Source: Lingula anatina (taxonomy: Eukaryota > Animalia > Brachiopoda). Taken from it: DNA of 64,000 nucleotides. Location of the stretch: the NCBI GenBank assembly GCA_051362555.1, contig CM120640.1:3224001-3288000 (forward strand), in the 5' to 3' direction. Shown one piece after another: positions 60,055 to 64,000 of this stretch. A program made the position numbers and the translations under genes. Numbering within the stretch: the first letter of the stretch is position 1; every line of letters begins with the position of its first letter. Below the pieces are notes generated by a model. That model ran no database searches and was not told the origin of the DNA. It saw only the letters and a program-made list of their open reading frames with translations.

Positions 60055-62657
60055 TTACTCAGGACCTCCTCTCTGAAATAAAGCAAGAACATATATTACT
60101 GTAAAAACTCTCTACTTTGTGCATTTTTCAATAGGAAGATGTTAGTAAAATTGCCCTAAATATTCTAATCTCTAAAATGTCTCTACCACCTATATACAGT
60201 AACTGCTCAAGAATACAATCTTGATAGCAAGCATGCTTCACAACAATGTATTAAAACAGATATTGCTTTTCTTGGAAAAAATGACTTTCCTTTATTAAAT
60301 CTTAAATATCCTGCAAAAACAAATATTAATATTTATATTGTCATTATATATTATAGGTTAATAGTAAATAGTTTTTCACCATTTTCACAAGTCTACAAAG
60401 AGTACACTTAAACCTATACACATCCCCCTTCAGTGAGTATAGAGTGAATAGTTAAAATTGATGACCTTTGCCAGCACACCCCTGGGGGTGAAGATCATCA
60501 CTTGTATTAGTTTTTTTCCCCAAAAGCATGCAGAGGGCATTTCCCCCAGTGTAAAGTTTGCAGACTTGTGAAAGTGATGACAAAAATGGATGACCCCTTA
60601 CTGTCGTGAAAACATCAACAACAGATGGTACCAGAAGAGACAGGATTGTGCCGAAAGAAATGTGTAGTGGTGTAAGATGTGAAGCTGAGTGGTCATTTAG
60701 CTGGAGGGGAATGGGAATGAAGAATATATTATATGTCCAGCTGACATGAAATTCCACACATATGAGCTCTGCCCTACTTAACCTGACATTTTCACACTAT
60801 TCCACTTTTTTTTAATCCCAAAAGCATAGAAAGAAAAAATATACAAATGTGCAATAAATGTGATGCATTCATCGGACAAATAAAACATTTCAATGGTGAA
60901 AAGTAAGCTTTTCACTGATAAGATCTTCCCAAGAAGATAAAAAAAGAATTTAATGAGCCGATCACAAAGCTTCCGGTAATTAAGACTAGGTCAAGTTACT
61001 AATAATTGACCATATTAGGCAATACTCAGTTGTAAATCGCTCCTGACGGGTAGATAAGATCCAACCTGACCAGTTCCTCAAGGTTTATTTTTATTGCCGG
61101 CCTGAGGTAATTGAATGCCAGCCCTCCTTTGCTTGTGAGATAAGAGGCTGTCAGAGTGTCATCTTTGTCATGGCATTTGTCACTGATAAGTTCCTACACT
61201 GGTGAAATAGGTGTATTATTGCCTGCAAATTAAGCATGATTTTGCACCTTAGTATTGTAACATGTTTCCATATCATGTACCTATTATTTCTGCAAGTATT
61301 TTCTGCCCAAAATACTGAAAGAAAAATGTTATCTTATTATGTTGTTGGAAAAACTGCTTTTTTCTCTGAGCCCACATCTTCACTCCTCTTTACCTCCAGC
61401 TAAAAATGACCACTCAGCTTCATGTATTATACCACTTGATGTCACATGACACCACACTTGCGGCACAATCATCTCCTCTGGTACCCTCTATTATCAAAAG
61501 ATTATCCCTATCACACCAGTGAATTCCAAATAATATTCACTTGATACCCCAGACATTTGAATTCCAAATAATATTCACTTGATACCCCAGACATTTGAAG
61601 TATACTGTAGCAAAACATACTGTTATATATTCCATTTCTTCTATATCAATGGGTTTCCTGTGGTATTTAGGTAGCAGTTCTGAGGGGTCTACTCCAGATC
61701 CACGGGGTATGTAGCCTATGGGAGGGGAAGATTTCTTTGGTTCCTGTGAAATTGCAGGCTCAGGTGTTGTTTGAAGAGTTTTATTAGAACTTGGAGGAAA
61801 TAATAGTTTCATGCCTGAAAACAAAGCAAAATAGAAGCAATTATCAAAACAAAAGCATAAAGATAGTTAAGACGTATGTGTATGGCTAGTCTTGAAAAAT
61901 ATATACAAAAGGACACTGTGTTAATTTCAACACTCATGAGGAAAATATGCAATGCCTGTACAATCTTTCCACAGCACAAAAAAGATGTAATAAGGAATGC
62001 ACTGACAAAACTACAAATAATGTAGACGTCAAACTTGATTCCCCCCACATTATAGGTAGGCACTTAATTCCAAATATCATTAAAATATTCACTTACCTAT
62101 ACCTTTTGGGTCTTTAATGTTAAACTGGGGAAATTTGATGAGGGGTATATGCTGTTTAACAGCCTGAAATATACATATTACAACACATAATTTCACAATA
62201 TTTCAAAGAGAAAAATGTACATTTTATATATAGTACTGTAAGGTATTTATCTCTGACATAGTTTTGGAAACAGTCTTTAATTTAAACATTGAATAAAAAC
62301 ATGGGCTTGCTTTGAAGGGGCATTTTTTCAACTTTGAAATAAGTGGTGTTGAGCTTTTCACTGATGGTTTGATGGATTTGGTGCTAATACCTAGGGTTAA
62401 TATATCACTTTATATCACAAGGTAGCGTTCACTAGATAATCTAGTAGATTCATTGACATGTCAAGGTGACAGGATCCGGGAAATGACTACCCGTCTCTTA
62501 AACATTTTCGGGGGGCATATTTAGATATTCTTGTGAAATATCACAAACGTTGATATGGAGCACATCCTTGCATTTTGAAGTCAACAATACACGTGCTTAC
62601 TTCACAGACGCTAGAAATGATCCAACCTACCTGAAACCCTCTTCCAGCGGCTGCCAT
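60055..62657 (-). CDS. MRPS36: Alpha-ketoglutarate dehydrogenase component 4 (KGD4/MRPS36), 4 exons, 101 aa
   Basis: Exons 62631-62657, 62097-62163, 61621-61814, 60055-60072 give MAAAGRGFQAVKQHIPLIKFP...LLPKYHRKPIDIEEMEYITRGGPE*, matching the family termini (H.PLI.FP; YRRK..S.EEMEFIQRGGPE). Confidence 0.9.
61521..61596. repeat. Perfect 38-bp tandem duplication in KGD4 intron 3
   Basis: GAATTCCAAATAATATTCACTTGATACCCCAGACATTT twice. Confidence 0.9.
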
Positions 62658-63077
62658 AGTATGTGTGTTTTCAAACCTCCTTCACTGAAGAGCTCCAGCA
62701 AGCGATGAAAGGCAAACTCGGCACAGAAGGATTACGGAGTGCAAACATAGGGATATTTAAAGCACAGACCCCGATTGATCGAGTCACAGTGGCAAGAAAA
62801 GCAGATAAAGGAATGGACAGGTTGTTTTTATGGCATATTACGTTTCATGGTCAAAGGTCAGTTCTACTGAGTTAATCGACCTTTCCCCGCTTGACTGCCT
62901 CAAAAACTGGGATAGGGTCCTTTCCCGTACTACGCGCATCCGGGTAAAGCGGACTCGTACACGGAAAATGGGGGACACATTTAGGTAGTATTCTGCGTTT
63001 GTTTCGGTTTTCAATGTTCTTACTGTGATAATACAACCTTGGGAAAGTCTTTCAAGCATCTTAAACGACACCTACAG
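62658..63077. promoter_or_regulatory. Probable bidirectional promoter KGD4/PCSK with a 5' UTR exon ending at 63077
   Basis: CpG-rich ~500 bp between divergent ATGs; CAG|GTAACC donor at 63078 and TTTCAG acceptor at 63140. Confidence 0.5.
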
Positions 63078-63151
63078 GTAACCACCGCCGTCCGGTCACA
63101 GAGTATTTCAGTACGTTGATAATCACTACAGCTGTTTCAGACACAGTTGAA

Positions 63152-63325
63152 ATGACAGACTTAACACACATAGGAACGCTGCTTCTTGCCATCACAACTC
63201 TTCTACTGGACATCACAAGTGGATTTTACATCAACCAGTGGGCAGTGCAAGTGGACGACGTTCTTTATGCTGACCAGGTGGCTGATCGGCTGGCCAATAA
63301 ACATGGGTACAAAAATTTAGGAAAG
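63152..63325 (+). CDS. First coding exon of a furin/proprotein convertase (PCSK) family gene; continues beyond the window
   Basis: Signal peptide then YINQWAVQV...ADRLANKHGYKNLGK, the S8 pro-domain pattern (N.WAV..ADR.A.KHGF.NLG); AAG|GTAATT donor. Paralog cannot be assigned. Confidence 0.8.
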
Positions 63326-64000
63326 GTAATTGGAGTACCACTGTGCTGTGAAGTAGTAATCAATACAGCTGTTACGTAATTGGTACTGGTTATTACAACC
63401 CAAGGTATAAGAATGAAGGTCTTTGTGTACAGGTGTGAGATAATAATTGTTCATTTGTTCACCACTTAAGGTTCTTTTCAGTCCATTGTCCATAAGGGTT
63501 TTATTTACTCTGTGGTGGTTCAGTGTTCAGTGCTCGTATTCTATTGTCATTGAAAGAAAGATTAACCTTGTACTTTAATAACCTTATCAAATTGTTTAAA
63601 AACACGTTGCAAACTTTCAAAAAAAAAAAAAAAAAAAAATCCAGACAGAATTTTGTTTTTTGAAATTTATATACTAATATATTTTGAAAGCTATTTTTGT
63701 GATACAAAAAAAGAAACAAAAAAAAAAAAAAATCAAAGAGCTCAAAGTCTACTTCCTGGCCATGGATTTGCATAGTATCAGGTGGTGTAGAGATTGTATA
63801 GGTCAACAAATCTCAGACTTCAGCATAATTAACCTTGTTTGCTTGACATATGGATCTCCAAACAGGAATATTTGTTGTACATTTAAAATTTAAAGGACCT
63901 CTCCTCTCAGGTCAATTGTCTATAAATATGAACATTTCCCAAAAAGGCACTTTTATTACAGCAAGAATTTTTTTCAGCCATTTTTAGTATTGTTTGGACT

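Overview
AT-rich, intron-containing animal genomic DNA (invertebrate; mollusc/lophotrochozoan-like is only my impression). I could assemble five complete spliced genes by hand with GT-AG introns and consistent phases: Abraxas/FAM175 (-), a single-domain hexokinase (+), non-lysosomal glucosylceramidase GBA2 (-), RGP1 (+, head-to-head with GBA2) and KGD4/MRPS36 (-), plus the first coding exon of a furin/PCSK-type convertase (+). A full-length Ty3/Gypsy element (50946-59003, - strand) has apparently identical 604-bp LTRs, a 4-bp AGGA target duplication and a tRNA-Ala-type PBS, and lies just downstream of the RGP1 stop. Most notable: (1) gag and pol are in the same frame, separated by one UAG, implying stop-codon readthrough; (2) hexokinase has two duplicated, intact alternative terminal exons; (3) tandem duplications straddle splice sites in three genes; (4) palindromic MITEs and a short dispersed motif sit next to exons. 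All calls are by eye; no database searches were run.
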